Source: Minisyncoccota bacterium (lineage in GTDB: Bacteria; Patescibacteriota; Minisyncoccia; Phycocordibacterales; UBA2100). From it: a DNA stretch of 64,000 nucleotides. The notes under the pieces were generated by a model that was not told the origin of the DNA, made no database searches, and saw only the letters and a list, made by a program, of their open reading frames with translations. Made by a program: the position numbers and the translations under genes. The stretch is from the NCBI GenBank assembly GCA_035500505.1, contig DATJXE010000003.1, positions 201,697-265,696 of the forward strand. Direction: 5' to 3'. Shown here piece by piece: positions 20,139 to 29,329 of the stretch (position 1 is its first letter; the number at the start of each line of letters is the position of its first letter).

Positions 20139-20915
20139 ATGAAAGGGGTATTGTCTCCAATTGCTGCTTCGACAATCGTGCTCTTGCTTGCCTTTGCGCC
20201 ACTTTCAGCGAGTGCCGTAGTTCATGTCTCTGGATATGTAAATAGCCACGGCACTTACGTGGCTCCTTATGTGAGGAGTAATCCCAATGGTTTGAAATAC
20301 GATAATTACAGCTATACGCCTAGCCAGGGACTCTATAACCCAAGCTATGGCACAAAAGATACTGTGTGGGACACTCCAACATGGATTACAGATCCGAACT
20401 ATTATTCGGGACTGTCAGAATATCTTTCGACTCACGGTTCGTCGGGTTCCTTGGCCCCAGGTAATTACAGCGCGACATACCCAACAAATCTCTCTGTACC
20501 AGCTAATGCCACTGCATATGGTTCCACGTGGTATTGCAACAATGGCTATAAAACTATATACGACAGCTCGTACAACAAGATAGGTTGCACGCAAGTCGTC
20601 GCTCCAGCGAACGCAACGGTTTATGGCTCAGACTGGTATTGTAATACCGGATACAAAACGCAATATGATTCGTCGTTCAATAAAGTAGGTTGCACCAAAG
20701 TTGTGGCACCCGCGAACGCCTCCATCTATGGATCAGATTGGTATTGCAATACCGGTTATAAGACACAGTACGACAGCTCGTTTAATAAAATCGGCTGTGT
20801 GAAAGTTGTTGCACCACCGAATGCGACCGTTTATGGCAGTGATTGGTACTGTAATGCCGGGTATAAAACACAATATGATAATTCTTTCAATAAAATCGGA
20901 TGCATCGCAAACTAA
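20139..20915 (+). CDS. Secreted protein with four 35-aa Cys-containing tandem repeats
   Basis: Signal peptide ending ASA; VSGYVNSHGTYVAPYVRSNPN N-terminal motif; repeats PANATxYGSDWYCNxGYKTQYDSSFNKIGC. Confidence 0.8.
   Translation: MKGVLSPIAASTIVLLLAFAPLSASAVVHVSGYVNSHGTYVAPYVRSNPNGLKYDNYSYTPSQGLYNPSYGTKDTVWDTPTWITDPNYYSGLSEYLSTHGSSGSLAPGNYSATYPTNLSVPANATAYGSTWYCNNGYKTIYDSSYNKIGCTQVVAPANATVYGSDWYCNTGYKTQYDSSFNKVGCTKVVAPANASIYGSDWYCNTGYKTQYDSSFNKIGCVKVVAPPNATVYGSDWYCNAGYKTQYDNSFNKIGCIAN
20499..20910 (+). repeat. Four 105-bp coding tandem repeats with synonymous divergence
   Basis: Units begin at 20499 and 20604 and continue at 105-nt spacing; nearly identical protein, differing third codon positions. 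Confidence 0.85.
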
Positions 20916-21004
20916 CTTAGAATACCAACTTGCGACCTCGCCATTCTGACGGAAGGGAAGTGGTGTCAGGTACCATTCTTTTTGCGCGATGATATTCTTC
21001 TGAT

Positions 21005-21400
21005 GTGAACTGGGACGAATTCGATAAGGAGATGCGCGAGCTGCAGAGCAGGATAGACTGGCGGCCGGATATTATTTGCGGGATCGCACGGGGCGGCGTG
21101 ATACCGGCGACTATTCTCTCGAAGCGAATGAAGGTAAAAGATATGTTCACGCTCTCGCTCGACAGGCAGGGCGAGCGCAAGATTTCTGCGTTCGCTATAG
21201 TCGACATTTCAGGGAAGAAAATATTGCTCGTTGAAGATATGCTCGAAACAGGTCGTGGTCTCATTGCCGGCAAGAAGTTCCTTGAAGAGCGCGGGGCGGA
21301 AGTGAGGACGGCCTGCCTCTATACGATGCCAAAATCAGAAATAGTCCCAGACTTTTTCCTGCGTCAATTTCCCGACGTCCAACATTTTCCCTGGGAGTGA
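21005..21400 (+). CDS. Type I phosphoribosyltransferase (purine salvage-like)
   Basis: GIARGGVIPA and ILLVEDMLETGRG PRPP loop, FPWE C-terminus; GTG start. Confidence 0.88.
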   Translation: MNWDEFDKEMRELQSRIDWRPDIICGIARGGVIPATILSKRMKVKDMFTLSLDRQGERKISAFAIVDISGKKILLVEDMLETGRGLIAGKKFLEERGAEVRTACLYTMPKSEIVPDFFLRQFPDVQHFPWE

Positions 21401-21401
21401 T

Positions 21402-21935
21402 ATGAAGCTCGTGTTGCCCGATACGAAATATAAAGACTCGTTCATTCAGGCGGTGAAGGAGTTTCAGGGGGAGAACGATTATACGCATCGGAACCGATGG
21501 TACCGGAAATTATCGATTCTGGAACTTGAAGCGGACTTTGATGGATTCGTCGCCCGAGAGTTGAGCCATTCGCGCGGGGAGAATCTTTCCGAAGGATATG
21601 TGCCCATGACGGAGTACTGGCTTATTGATGGCAAAGAATTCATCGGGCACGCAACACTTCGTCATCGGCTCAACGATAAGTTGATGCAAATAGGCGGGCA
21701 CATCGGCTACGACATTCGACCAAGTATGCGCGGCAAGGGGTATGGCAACAAAATACTCGAACTCGCACTTAAGAAAGCAAAAGAACTTGGCATCAAGCGC
21801 GTTTTGGTAACGTCAGACGAAAGAAATATCGCCTCGCGCAAAATTATCGAAAAGAACGGCGGAGTTTTAGAGAATCAAATTCCGAATCCCGAAATGGGTT
21901 ACGACGCTCTTCGTTTCTGGATTGATATTTCCTAG
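21402..21935 (+). CDS. GNAT family acetyltransferase
   Basis: GGHIGYDIRPSMRGKGYG, NIASRKIIEKNGG. Confidence 0.92.
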   Translation: MKLVLPDTKYKDSFIQAVKEFQGENDYTHRNRWYRKLSILELEADFDGFVARELSHSRGENLSEGYVPMTEYWLIDGKEFIGHATLRHRLNDKLMQIGGHIGYDIRPSMRGKGYGNKILELALKKAKELGIKRVLVTSDERNIASRKIIEKNGGVLENQIPNPEMGYDALRFWIDIS

Positions 21936-21937
21936 TT

Positions 21938-22480
21938 ATGGAGTCACAAACCGTTATAAGGTTTTGGTTCGAGGAGGCGACGCCTTCGCAGTGGTTCCGA
22001 AAGGATGAGAAATTTGATGCGGAGATCCGGCGGCGGTTTTTGGATGTTTACGAGGGCGCGATGAAAGGGGAGTTGGCCGATTGGCGGAAGTCGCCCGAGG
22101 GGCGGCTGGCAGAAATTATCGTGCTCGATCAGTTCCCGCGCAATATGTTCCGGAATTCACCGCAGGCCTTTGCGGGGGATGCGCTTGCGCTCAAGTTCGT
22201 GCAAGACGCCATCGCCGCAGGGGACGACAAAAAACTTTCTGTTCGTATGCGCCGTTTTCTCTACATGCCCTACATGCACAGCGAATCACGCGACGCGCAC
22301 AAAAAAGCACTCCGGCTTTTCTTTTCACTCCTCCCATCACAGTGGGCGGCCTTCAAATTCGAATGGAAGCACAAGCGCATCATTGATAGATTCGGCCGTT
22401 ACCCGAGCCGCAACGCAATTTTGAGGCGCGAGAGCACGCCGGCGGAAACAGAGTTCCTCAAAACACACAAGGGATTTTGA
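21938..22480 (+). CDS. DUF924 family protein
   Basis: FWF..., LAEIIVLDQFPRNMFR, FLYMPYMHSE, IIDRFGRYPSRN. Confidence 0.92.
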   Translation: MESQTVIRFWFEEATPSQWFRKDEKFDAEIRRRFLDVYEGAMKGELADWRKSPEGRLAEIIVLDQFPRNMFRNSPQAFAGDALALKFVQDAIAAGDDKKLSVRMRRFLYMPYMHSESRDAHKKALRLFFSLLPSQWAAFKFEWKHKRIIDRFGRYPSRNAILRRESTPAETEFLKTHKGF

Positions 22481-22580
22481 ATCGCGGGTGAGTTTGACAG
22501 GAACGTTGCGGTTGATGATAGTGGGGGCCGCTTCAACCCAGCTCTTTGATGTACGAAGAGCCCAACAGAAGGGGACGGTC

Positions 22581-23261
22581 ATGAGCAAGGTCATGGCAAC
22601 AGTCGTTGCGTTTTTCGGGGCGCTCATGCTTGCGACGCCGGTTCGCGCGGTTGAGTGCGTCGACCACGTCTCAAACGTGCTGAAGGATTCCGACATCAGG
22701 GCGCTCGATCTGACCGAACGTGTCAACGAGTTCTCAAAGGCGATGCAGGTTGTTTCTCAAAGAAGCCCGAACCGTATCGCCATCGACATCGTCGTGCGCG
22801 ATTGTCCGTACTACGGCACCCTCAACTCATTCTTCTCGTTCGCTGAAATGCCGGCGATAGGCATTCCGCGGACATACTCGGTGCATATCACGGCTGCGCG
22901 CCTCCGCAACACCGAAGATACACAACTGCTTCGCGATGCGCGCCGAGAAGCATGCGTCATCGTCTCCGGCATTCTGGATATGCCACAAGCATCCCCGCCG
23001 GCACAAGGGGAAGAGTCACCTGCCGTCGTCAGGTGCATGATCCAGGAATCCGTGCGTGCGAACGACATACAGTATGCGGAGTGGCTCGCACGGACGCACC
23101 ACGCGGAGGTACCGCAGCTACAGGCGGAAGTCAGCCCGCCGCAGGCGGAGATCGACCGGGCTATCGAGCAACTCAAGGATATTGGCGCTCCTCCCGGCAT
23201 GCTCGACTCATTGGAGAAACTCAAGCGTTCCTTCGACGACTTTCCTCCACGCTCCCGCTGA
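22581..23261 (+). CDS. Hypothetical secreted protein
   Basis: MSKVMATVVAFFGALMLATPVRA signal peptide after an AGGGG Shine-Dalgarno-like sequence. Confidence 0.6.
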   Translation: MSKVMATVVAFFGALMLATPVRAVECVDHVSNVLKDSDIRALDLTERVNEFSKAMQVVSQRSPNRIAIDIVVRDCPYYGTLNSFFSFAEMPAIGIPRTYSVHITAARLRNTEDTQLLRDARREACVIVSGILDMPQASPPAQGEESPAVVRCMIQESVRANDIQYAEWLARTHHAEVPQLQAEVSPPQAEIDRAIEQLKDIGAPPGMLDSLEKLKRSFDDFPPRSR

Positions 23262-23385
23262 AGAGCGTGGATGTCCGGATCTTTGCCGCGCGGGTGACCG
23301 CGCGGTATTTTTTATATTCAATAACTTTGTGGGCAAATGAGAAGGCCGCGAGAGGGCGGCCCTCTGCGCGGCGTTGGTCGTGCGG

Positions 23386-23775
23386 TCAGCCGACGACTTT
23401 TTCGACGGTACTGAGCGCGAGCCGGAGATCGTCCATGTCCCCGCTCGTCATGAGCTCCTTCAGGCTCCTGCGGCCGAGCTCATTGTGCTTCACATTGATC
23501 CACCGCTCCGTTGCGTCGTTGTTTTCCTCGTTCGCGCCAAAGACCGCATCGAGCATGAATTTCAGCCTGACGATAACTTCAGCGCGGACAAGAACATCGC
23601 GACTCTTGGCGAGCCAGCTCCGCAGGCTATTGGTATCGGTTACGACCTCCGGTTCGAACCCGAATGATCGGGCTTGTTCCTGCAACGTGAAGGCGAGATC
23701 TTGAAGTGCCTTCAGAGCTTTCTCAGTTTTCTCGGGCAATGCAATCGTCCGATTCTCCTGCGCAACGCTTGTCAT
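23386..23775 (-). CDS. Putative Xre/MbcA/ParS-type antitoxin C-terminal domain protein
   Basis: AVFG...ERWINVKHNELGRRSLKELMTSGDMDDL resembles the W..P...LGG..P..LL..G toxin-binding domain; GGGAG upstream of MTSVAQ. Confidence 0.55.
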   Translation of the reverse strand: MTSVAQENRTIALPEKTEKALKALQDLAFTLQEQARSFGFEPEVVTDTNSLRSWLAKSRDVLVRAEVIVRLKFMLDAVFGANEENNDATERWINVKHNELGRRSLKELMTSGDMDDLRLALSTVEKVVG

Positions 23776-23918
23776 AGCCGTCTCCCGACCAGTGTGCGAT
23801 ACGGCGTACCGCTTCCTATGCCGTAGGCTAGTACGGAACGGTGCAAGGGTCAATAAATAGGTTTTTCATGATAAGAGGCTTATACTTGCAGACTATTAAG
23901 AGGTAATTTCGTAAGCAT

Positions 23919-24248
23919 ATGAAAAAGTTTTTTGTTTTGTATAAGGCCCCTATTGAAGAGTTCACGGCGGCGATGAAAAAGATGACGCCGGAAGACCAGC
24001 AGAAAAGTAAGGCGGAGTGGCAGGAATGGATGACGAAGCACAAAGCAGATACCGTTGATATGGGCGCGCCGGTGGGGAAGACCAAGGCGGTTACTCGCAC
24101 GGGTACGAGTGACATCAAGAACGACATTGGCGGCTACTCTATTGTGCAGGCAGAATCGCACGATGCGGCAACGAAGATCTTCACCGACAGCCCGCACCTC
24201 AAGCGCATGAACGGTTCCATCGAGGTGATGGAGATTATGGAAATGTAG
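23919..24248 (+). CDS. YciI/DGPF-like protein
   Basis: MKKFFVLY, WQEWM, DIGGYSIVQAES, SPH...GSIEVME. Confidence 0.75.
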   Translation: MKKFFVLYKAPIEEFTAAMKKMTPEDQQKSKAEWQEWMTKHKADTVDMGAPVGKTKAVTRTGTSDIKNDIGGYSIVQAESHDAATKIFTDSPHLKRMNGSIEVMEIMEM

Positions 24249-24264
24249 GTGCTACAATGGGCCT

Positions 24265-24426
24265 ATGCCCCGGATCAAAATAGAGAACCACATGTTCTCC
24301 GGCGGGATTTGGTTCGCCGCCTGGCTTTTCACCATCGGATTCTTGAAGCTCTCCTTCTGGAGCGCCGTCCTCGCGATACTCATCTGGCCCTACTATATCG
24401 GCGCGGCATTCGCGCTGATGCATTGA
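24265..24426 (+). CDS. 53-aa membrane protein (MPRIKIENHMFSGGIWFAAWLFTIGFLKLSFWSAVLAILIWPYYIGAAFALMH)
   Basis: Translated by hand (not in the ORF track); TG-C-TACAAT box 6 nt before ATG; two short hydrophobic segments. Confidence 0.7.
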   Translation: MPRIKIENHMFSGGIWFAAWLFTIGFLKLSFWSAVLAILIWPYYIGAAFALMH

Positions 24427-24478
24427 GCAAGGCAAATGTTGCGTTTTTTAGAGGAGTAGTGCATACTCTGCGGGTTCT

Positions 24479-24847
24479 ATGACAGCGGAAAAGACGGCAA
24501 CCAAGAAACCTCGCACCTCGCGTGCGAAGAAAGAGGCTGGCCCCAGTCGGCTGCGCATTCGCGTGCGTGCCTACGAGCACGGCGTCTTGGACCGCTCCGT
24601 CAAGCAGATAATCGACACGGCGGCCCGCTACAACGCCAAGGTCGTTGGCCCTGTTCCGCTCCCCATCGATATAAAAAAGTACACCGTCAATCGCGCCGCA
24701 TTTATAGATAAAGACTCGCGCGAGCAATTTGAGATGCGCATCCACAAGCGCATGATAGACATTTTGAATCCCGAGGCGAAGGTCATCGAGGCCCTCACCA
24801 ACATTGATCTTCCTTCAGGCGTCAACATCGACGTGAAGATGATGTAA
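24479..24847 (+). CDS. rpsJ: 30S ribosomal protein S10
   Basis: RLRIRVRAYEH, GPVPLP, KDSREQFEMRIHKR. Confidence 0.97.
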   Translation: MTAEKTATKKPRTSRAKKEAGPSRLRIRVRAYEHGVLDRSVKQIIDTAARYNAKVVGPVPLPIDIKKYTVNRAAFIDKDSREQFEMRIHKRMIDILNPEAKVIEALTNIDLPSGVNIDVKMM

Positions 24848-24947
24848 GTAAACAGGCCAATCTTGACCAGATTGCCTATCATGGTATAATCCCCTTAGTC
24901 TTCGGAACGAGGTCGACCTCGTAGCCCCGGAGCGTTGGAGTAATCCG

Positions 24948-25190
24948 ATGGAAAAGATCGTTTTGGCCGTTTTTGCGGCCATGCTTGCCGTCGCGCCAGC
25001 GTCGGCGGCGTCGCGCTTTACGTCGGAATCGACGTCGGCGTATGCGGAGGCTTATCCGCCTCAGCCCCAGAGTCTCACCGGTAAGTGTAATCAGTGGGCG
25101 GGCGGGGTGTACAACCCCAGCATCCACAAATGGGTTATCACGAGCCGGTACCAGATGCTCCGGAAGTTGGCCTGTCCGTACTACAAATAG
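24948..25190 (+). CDS. Small secreted protein (80 aa, 2 Cys)
   Basis: GGAG Shine-Dalgarno; signal peptide MEKIVLAVFAAMLAVAPASA. Confidence 0.6.
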   Translation: MEKIVLAVFAAMLAVAPASAASRFTSESTSAYAEAYPPQPQSLTGKCNQWAGGVYNPSIHKWVITSRYQMLRKLACPYYK

Positions 25191-25268
25191 CGGCAGACCT
25201 GGAGACACTGCTGGAAGACGAATTTAGGCGGCCACATTGGCCGCCTTTTCATATGCGATGGTTCCCGA

Positions 25269-26657
25269 ATGGGATTCTTGTATAATCGTGCTGTGTCCGT
25301 CGCCCGTCGTTTTACGTTTGAATCATACTCGCTCGACACCGATCAGTCCGTAATCACGTTCACCTACCTGGTCGAATTTGAAGGCGGACACCAAGCGCGA
25401 TATGACGATCGGCTCGAATTTCCTGGCACCACGCGGACGATGTGGGAGCGTATTCCAAAGCCTGTTCTTTCGCAACTACTGCAAAGTCTGACCATACTGC
25501 ACGGCAGCGCGTATTGGAAACTCGATCATGCGGGAGAACTTGTCATCAGAGGATTTAGCCTGACTCGCGCGCAAGCAGATTTTTGGAATGAGGTGTATAC
25601 GAAGGGATTCGGGGAATTCTTTTATAGATCAAACATAGACCACAGAGGGCTGGTTTCCTTCCCATACCGCACTCGGTGGTGGTCAGGCCCGTTGTCAACA
25701 AGATTCAAACGTTCCCCACGCACCCTTCTCCTCAACGGCGGCGGCAAGGATACGGTCGTCTCCGCGGAAATGCTCAAAGAGGCCAGCATCGGCTTCGATC
25801 TGTTCACGTTGGCGAATGTTGGCGCAAAGAAGCGCGTCGCGGAGCACATCGGAACAAGGAACATCACGGTGAAACGCAGGGTCGATCCGGCAGCAGCGAG
25901 GACCGCACAGAGAATGAATGTCGCGCCCGGCGGACTTTTTACACTCACGCTCGGATTCCAGGCGCTCCTTGCGGCCACACTGTGGGACTATCGGTATGTT
26001 GTCTTCTCGAACGAGCAAAGCGCCGACATTGGCAACACCAAGTATCTCGGTCTTGACGTGAATCACCAGTGGACCAAGTCGAGGGAAGCGGAAGAACTCA
26101 CCCGGAAGTACGTGCGAACGTTCATCACGCCCGACGTGGAAGTTTTTTCGCTTTTGCGCCAATTCACCGAGATTGAAACGACGCGCCGCTTCAGCCTATA
26201 TTCGAAGTATTTCGATGCATTCTGCAGTTGCAACATGAATTCTCACGTGTCTCCTGACGAACAAGAAAACGCCCCGCGTTCCGGTTGGTGCGGCAAGTGC
26301 GCGAAGTGCATTTTCATATTTGCAGGTCTCACGGCGTTTTTACCGAAGGAGACGGTTGTCGGTATTTTCGGGCGCAACTTGTATCAAGATACGGCGCTGT
26401 TACCGGTGTTCAGGCAACTGCTCGGGCTGCAAGGCATCAAGCCATTCGAATGCGTGGGCACCTCCGAAGAAATGCTCGTCGCGATGCACCGAGCGGCGCA
26501 AACCGGTTTGTACGATACCGATCCCGCCATGGACATGTTCCTCAAAGAGATTCCACGGACAATACCATTCGATGATATAGAACACCGCGTCCTTTCCACT
26601 CACGGAGAGTCGACCGTTCCGACGGAGTTCAAGGCCATGATGGGCCTCGTCTCATGA
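25269..26657 (+). CDS. murL: MurL-like UDP-MurNAc-L-Ala-L-Glu epimerase (PP-loop family)
   Basis: YTKGFGEFFYR, GGGKDT, SNEQSA..GN...VNHQWTKS, FCSCN, WCGKCAKC, KPFECVGT. Confidence 0.8.
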   Translation: MGFLYNRAVSVARRFTFESYSLDTDQSVITFTYLVEFEGGHQARYDDRLEFPGTTRTMWERIPKPVLSQLLQSLTILHGSAYWKLDHAGELVIRGFSLTRAQADFWNEVYTKGFGEFFYRSNIDHRGLVSFPYRTRWWSGPLSTRFKRSPRTLLLNGGGKDTVVSAEMLKEASIGFDLFTLANVGAKKRVAEHIGTRNITVKRRVDPAAARTAQRMNVAPGGLFTLTLGFQALLAATLWDYRYVVFSNEQSADIGNTKYLGLDVNHQWTKSREAEELTRKYVRTFITPDVEVFSLLRQFTEIETTRRFSLYSKYFDAFCSCNMNSHVSPDEQENAPRSGWCGKCAKCIFIFAGLTAFLPKETVVGIFGRNLYQDTALLPVFRQLLGLQGIKPFECVGTSEEMLVAMHRAAQTGLYDTDPAMDMFLKEIPRTIPFDDIEHRVLSTHGESTVPTEFKAMMGLVS

Positions 26658-26755
26658 GCCACACGAGCATTGCTTTTCTGTGTTTCGTGGCGCACAGTGG
26701 GTGCGGGCAGATTGCGGATGAACATGAACGCTGCCGCAGGTGGAGGATATAGAAA

Positions 26756-27211
26756 ATGGATCTTGAACTAAGGATCGAGGATCGCTCGTGGGACCGCGAA
26801 CGGCACTTGCGCCACATCAACGAAGGGGCATGGCTTCCCATGTTGGACGCGGATGGTAAGGTGCTCCCGGGTATTGTCGGAAAACGCGGCGTCGAAGGCG
26901 ACAAAAAAGACAGCACCAAGATCGGTGCCGATTTCGTGAAGATGAACCCGGGCACGAAATTTCCTCTACACGAGCATGAAGGCGAGCACGAGATCTTTTT
27001 CATTTCTGGTGAGGGGTTCGTGCATATCGATGGGGAAAATATCCCCGTCCGGGCGGGACACGTAATCCACATTCCGGGGGAATATCCCCATGGCGTGTGG
27101 GTTAGCGAAAATGTCAGCGAGCCGCTTATTTTCGTGGCCGCAGGGCATCCGCACAAACACGTCGATGCGGCCGATCGTATGCAACACCCACATGCACACC
27201 GGCACAGATGA
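26756..27211 (+). CDS. Cupin domain protein with His-rich C-terminus
   Basis: FPLHEHEGEHEIFFISGEG ... GHVIHIPGEYPHG cupin motifs; GGAGG Shine-Dalgarno. Confidence 0.88.
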   Translation: MDLELRIEDRSWDRERHLRHINEGAWLPMLDADGKVLPGIVGKRGVEGDKKDSTKIGADFVKMNPGTKFPLHEHEGEHEIFFISGEGFVHIDGENIPVRAGHVIHIPGEYPHGVWVSENVSEPLIFVAAGHPHKHVDAADRMQHPHAHRHR

Positions 27212-27268
27212 GTTCGAAAACACCACGCAAAAAGAAGGGCCGCCCTGCAAGGCGGTCCTTTATTTTTT

Positions 27269-27838
27269 ATGCAATACTTACGCCGTATGCTCATCTTGCT
27301 CGGCGGTTTTTTGGGGAGTGGACGAAAGATGCTCGCGAAACAGCTCGCTTACCGACAGAAGTTTTATCTCTATGACACGGAGGCAAAGAAGATGCACCAC
27401 CCCGAGTTCCAGTCGGACGGCAGCGTAAAAGAGGTGACCGAACCGCCAAAAAGCGAAGAACAACGGATGTTCCTGTACAAGCGCATCGTTGATGATTTCC
27501 CGCGTCTTTCAAAAATGTATCCGGACACCGTTATTGAGGAGGCATTTCACCGGATCGGACCGCGCGACTACTTCATTACCGAAGCGAAGAAGTTTTTCGA
27601 CCCGGTCGTGTTTGTATGGGTGGACTCTGACGAGGCGCATGTGGAGGAGCGGATGCGACGGATGGTAAAACTCGGGCTGGTAAAGAATCTTAGCGAGGCG
27701 ATGAACCGTCGTCGCAGAGCCGCCCGACATTTCAACCAGGACCCTTCGATGCGGGTGTTCAAGTGTGTCAAAGCCGATAGTGCTGAAGCAGATGCGTTGT
27801 GGACACTCGTTCGCGGAATCGCCGCAGGTAAAAGTTGA
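27269..27838 (+). CDS. P-loop nucleotide-kinase-like protein (AAA_33-like), atypical Walker A
   Basis: LILLGGFLGSGRKMLAKQL at the N-terminus; FVWVDSDEAHVEERMRR lid-like segment. Confidence 0.6.
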   Translation: MQYLRRMLILLGGFLGSGRKMLAKQLAYRQKFYLYDTEAKKMHHPEFQSDGSVKEVTEPPKSEEQRMFLYKRIVDDFPRLSKMYPDTVIEEAFHRIGPRDYFITEAKKFFDPVVFVWVDSDEAHVEERMRRMVKLGLVKNLSEAMNRRRRAARHFNQDPSMRVFKCVKADSAEADALWTLVRGIAAGKS

Positions 27839-27952
27839 ACTATATAATTTTTTTATGACAGCTTTCAGGGGTGGGAGTGCGTGCGAAATTGACTTCCTGT
27901 GGGTAAAACGTACAATGTGAGTTCATCAACTGTCCTGTGAAGGAGAAGAGCG

Positions 27953-28162
27953 ATGAGAAAGCTCATGTTCTTTGCGGCTCTCGCGACGCTGGCGATGATC
28001 AATGTCTGTCAGGCCGCCGACGAGAAGAAAGTTACGACGGTCGACAAAGTCTGTGCGGACGACTGCTACAGTCACTGCGCGTCGCGCGTTGCGCAAAAGC
28101 TGACGGCAAACATTCCCGGCTGTCAGCGTTCGTGCAAGCGAACCCACAACTGCAGCAGTTAA
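27953..28162 (+). CDS. Small secreted Cys-rich peptide (6 Cys in the mature part)
   Basis: AAGGAG Shine-Dalgarno; signal peptide ending CQA; CADDCYSHC...CQRSCKRTHNC. Confidence 0.7.
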   Translation: MRKLMFFAALATLAMINVCQAADEKKVTTVDKVCADDCYSHCASRVAQKLTANIPGCQRSCKRTHNCSS

Positions 28163-28186
28163 AGCACGAAGGGCGCGTCGGATGAA

Positions 28187-28212
28187 GGGGGTTGGGCGTT
28201 GCTCAGCCCCCA
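28187..28212. terminator. Hairpin between convergent genes
   Basis: gggggttgggc-gtt-gctcagccccc. Confidence 0.55.
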
Positions 28213-28216
28213 TCTT

Positions 28217-29329
28217 TTATATGAAATCATTCTTCGGTTCGTAATACGTCGAGCGATCTAGTTCTTCGGAGAACTTAAATTGTTCGTCGATGAATGGCCA
28301 GACTTTCTGCTGGACCACAAGAAAATGAAGGGATCCGCGTTTCAGTTTATTGTCGCGATACTCCGCATCTTTGGTAAAGTCATAGATAACGTCTTTGCAC
28401 GGCCATTTGTAGGTGCGCCACTCATTTCTTATTTTTTTGTCGAGATTATTCATGCTCCAGAGTTGGAACTCGTCGGTGCGGTAGAACGGCAGGTACTTCG
28501 ATACAGCATATTCGGGCGTTATGCGTGGTGCCATGTATTTCGAAACGAACGTTAGCGTGCGCATGGAAACCGTTTGCCACTTCAACGCAAAATTTATCCA
28601 CCAGAAGAACAGGTAGTTCGTTTCTACGGGGACAGGAGCCGCGTCCTTAACACGCTCGAACATATCCATATAAAAATTCGTCACCTCGTCATCATGCACA
28701 AGGGAGTTGTAAAACGAGAAAATCGTGTCTCGGGAGTACGGCTGATGTAGTGGTGTCGTGCCCAGCATCGCAATGAACTTCGCAACGATGTCAGAGCCGA
28801 ACAGTTGGTCATTGTGTTCGCCGTTGACGATGACATGTTCGCCGCCGAGGAGGAGCGGAAAATGTCCAGACGATTCAGTCTGAAGTTTTCCGTGAATGTA
28901 TTCTTTGTAAAAGGTGGGATATTCGGCGATGGATTCTTCGCTCATGAGTACCGTAATATTCTTTTTCTGCTCAGGGGTAGCATTTTTTAGGAACGACACT
29001 AACACAAGGGTCGAATCTATGCCCCCCGACCAGAATGTGTAGAGCGGAACGCCGAGCTTATCTGCGTGTGCAAGCAATTCACGCGCCCGGTCGTTGCATA
29101 GTTCTTCGAACGTCTTCGTAGTTGATTTGAGTGTTGGAATGGGGAAAAGCGATTCCGTGCGTATGGGAAAACGCACAGTGCCAGTCCGGTCGTTCGGGGC
29201 GACTCCCTGGCCGTATATCTTGAAATAGTTGGAGAACCTCTCGATACCCGGCAGATCAAAATTCGCCGTGTTCGCAACAATGCGCGGCGCATAATGAAGG
29301 AGGCGCGGTGCGTCAGATGACCGCACCAT
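28217..29329 (-). CDS. Asparagine-synthetase C-domain / lasso-cyclase-like ATP pyrophosphatase
   Basis: FWSGGIDST PP-loop; NGEHNDQLFGS resembles GEGADELFGG; no N-terminal Cys glutaminase domain. Confidence 0.75.
   Translation of the reverse strand: MVRSSDAPRLLHYAPRIVANTANFDLPGIERFSNYFKIYGQGVAPNDRTGTVRFPIRTESLFPIPTLKSTTKTFEELCNDRARELLAHADKLGVPLYTFWSGGIDSTLVLVSFLKNATPEQKKNITVLMSEESIAEYPTFYKEYIHGKLQTESSGHFPLLLGGEHVIVNGEHNDQLFGSDIVAKFIAMLGTTPLHQPYSRDTIFSFYNSLVHDDEVTNFYMDMFERVKDAAPVPVETNYLFFWWINFALKWQTVSMRTLTFVSKYMAPRITPEYAVSKYLPFYRTDEFQLWSMNNLDKKIRNEWRTYKWPCKDVIYDFTKDAEYRDNKLKRGSLHFLVVQQKVWPFIDEQFKFSEELDRSTYYEPKNDFI

Noticed and set aside
20499-20910. Regularly spaced repeats as a possible CRISPR array
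   Set aside because: They are in-frame coding repeats with synonymous variation, no unique spacers and no cas genes
26654-26752. Short Cys-containing ORF overlapping the murL stop
   Set aside because: About 32 codons, no recognisable features, overlaps the cupin Shine-Dalgarno
28217-29329. Classical lasso peptide cluster
   Set aside because: No B1 (RRE) or B2 protease and no lasso-type precursor
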